64,000 bases of DNA from Owenia fusiformis (Eukaryota): contig CAIIXF020000001.1 of assembly GCA_903813345.2 (NCBI GenBank), positions 10,168,001-10,232,000 on the forward strand. Direction: 5' to 3'. Positions 63,001 through 64,000 of the stretch are shown piece after piece (the stretch's first letter is position 1; each line of letters begins with the position of its first letter). The translations under genes were made by a program, and so were the position numbers. The notes under the pieces were generated by a model. The model was not told the DNA's origin and ran no database searches. It was given only the letters and a program-made list of their open reading frames with translations.

Positions 63001-63982
63001 TCTACTTCTCCAGGGAGTGTTTTTATTTCTGGAGCTGCTTTTATGCCCTTATTCAGCTCTTTAAAGTCTTCCTTCAGTTTGTTGTACTGAAACAGAAATG
63101 AAAGAAAATCACTAAATTAAGCTTCCATGGTCATACTCATACTCCCTATATGAAGAGATTGCACCAATTCCGAATGGTAGTGGTAAAGACAAGCCACAAC
63201 GATTAAAAACCAAAATGTCGTATTTTTACATCACAATGTGATATTTATATCTGATTCTATGCTATTTTAGAAGTAGAATATATTAAATTATGCATACTGT
63301 GTGTTTTCAATGTAATCAAATGCATAGTAAAGATAAAACAGTTATATAAATATACAATTTGAATACATTGAAATAAATTACAATCTAATACAGTCAAAAT
63401 GTCTACAAATCCTGATCGACGACACATAAAAAGGTATATGAACATGGATATGTTTTACTTCTTCATACATGTGAAACATTGCAGTCTTTAAATCATATAT
63501 ATCCAATGCAAAATGCATGTTTATCAGCGATCAGAATTTCGATGATGTGAAATGATTATGTAATGTATGAAGAGAAATGGCTATAGGTATGCACTCAGCT
63601 ATGGTATATTACTGCAAAGCTGGTCTAGTCAGAAAAAGTCAACTTTACTCATTTTGGCTCTTCTTTACAACTTCCATTCAAAATTGGTGCAATCCTTTTC
63701 TATAGGTTGTCATATTAACTTTTGAAAATCCAGAAATCTTCCCTGAAATTTTCTTGATGTACAGAATCATACATAAAAGTGATGTCTACTGAAAAAACAA
63801 TCAAAATTCTAAACAGTTTACTTCAAATATACTAACCTGTTTTGTAAGAGAAGATATGTTAGCTGTCAGTTGGTCTAGACCATTCTTGCCTATTTTGTGC
63901 TCATCTATAGATTTGTCTATTTGTCTTAAGTGGGTCTGGATTTCAGCGAACTCATTTGGTACACTCTGGCTTCCAGTTTCAA
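51051..63982 (-). CDS. EFCAB14: EF-hand calcium-binding domain protein 14-like, 15 coding exons in window (5' exons lie beyond 64000)
   Basis: Exons (-): 63982-63837, 63086-62988, 61520-61398, 61110-60997, 60176-60105, 59305-59159, 58874-58713, 58333-58214, 57177-57058, 55649-55533, 54891-54642, 54291-54103, 53835-53770, 53041-52844, 51172-51051; phase compatible, about 680 aa. The coiled coil GLDQLTANISSLTKQ..IKAAPEIKTLPGEVETLTNSVAAFGS and the C-terminal ITIPNINDMEDLEQYF..LGPDTPDEDTLKEFDLNHDGKYDVEEFAAALG resemble recalled human EFCAB14 (SAADLISLPTTVEGLQKSVASIG; FDSDGDGRYSFLELRVALG). Middle exons rest on splice and phase logic only. Confidence 0.82.
51807..52823 (-). mobile_element. Helentron-associated (HINE/DINE-1/pearl-like) non-autonomous element with ~163-bp internal tandem repeats
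   Basis: On (-): T-run, subterminal inverted repeat ATGTCCCCACCA...TGGTGGGGACAT, (GTCY)n microsatellite at about 52720-52763, ~3.4 core repeats (ACAAGACTT anchors at 51882, 52045, 52208, 52370), short terminal palindrome ACACAAATGTGT and CTTGT end. Confidence 0.8.
55978..56871. mobile_element. Non-autonomous hAT (Ac-like) DNA transposon, 894 bp, in an EFCAB14 intron
   Basis: Perfect 16-bp TIR TAGGGGTCAAACGGTT, 8-bp TSD CAAACTAG (55970-55977 and 56872-56879), subterminal CGGTT/AACCG repeats, no transposase ORF. Confidence 0.92.
57338..58255 (-). repeat. 54-bp VNTR, 17 copies, spanning an EFCAB14 exon/intron boundary
   Basis: Unit (-) ATGTTTGCAGCCTTTATGAACATTACCCAAYCTGACAATGAG|GTAAGAYATAYT; near-identical copies with no spacers. 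Confidence 0.97.
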
Positions 63983-64000
63983 CTAAAAATATAAAACGAA

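Overview
AT-rich animal genomic DNA with spliced genes; the repeat types suggest an invertebrate such as a lophotrochozoan, but that is inference. Gene order: (1) the last four coding exons of an SLC25A39/40 mitochondrial carrier (+); (2) a complete 3-exon, highly divergent PRD-type homeobox gene (+, 7533-9149) with a TATA promoter and, just after its stop, a 21-bp minisatellite carrying Pumilio-element motifs (UGUAHAUA); (3) the complete RNF220 coding region (-, 9 exons, 554 aa), whose 21-kb first coding intron holds an intact antisense Ty3/Gypsy element; (4) 15 exons of an expanded EFCAB14 (-), in which a 54-bp VNTR repeats an in-frame splice donor 17 times. The Gypsy element has gag and pol in one frame separated by a single TGA plus an 8-nt spacer and stem-loop (readthrough signature), an integrase chromodomain, TG...TA termini and a duplicated PPT at its 5' end. 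Many non-autonomous DNA elements are present: hAT with 8-bp TSD, CAG-ended MITEs with 5/6-bp TSDs, TA-TSD MITEs, a Helentron-type element and a TTAA MITE carrying a tRNA-like Pol III cassette. Exon models were assembled by eye from GT-AG sites, phase continuity and recalled homology; no database search was run.
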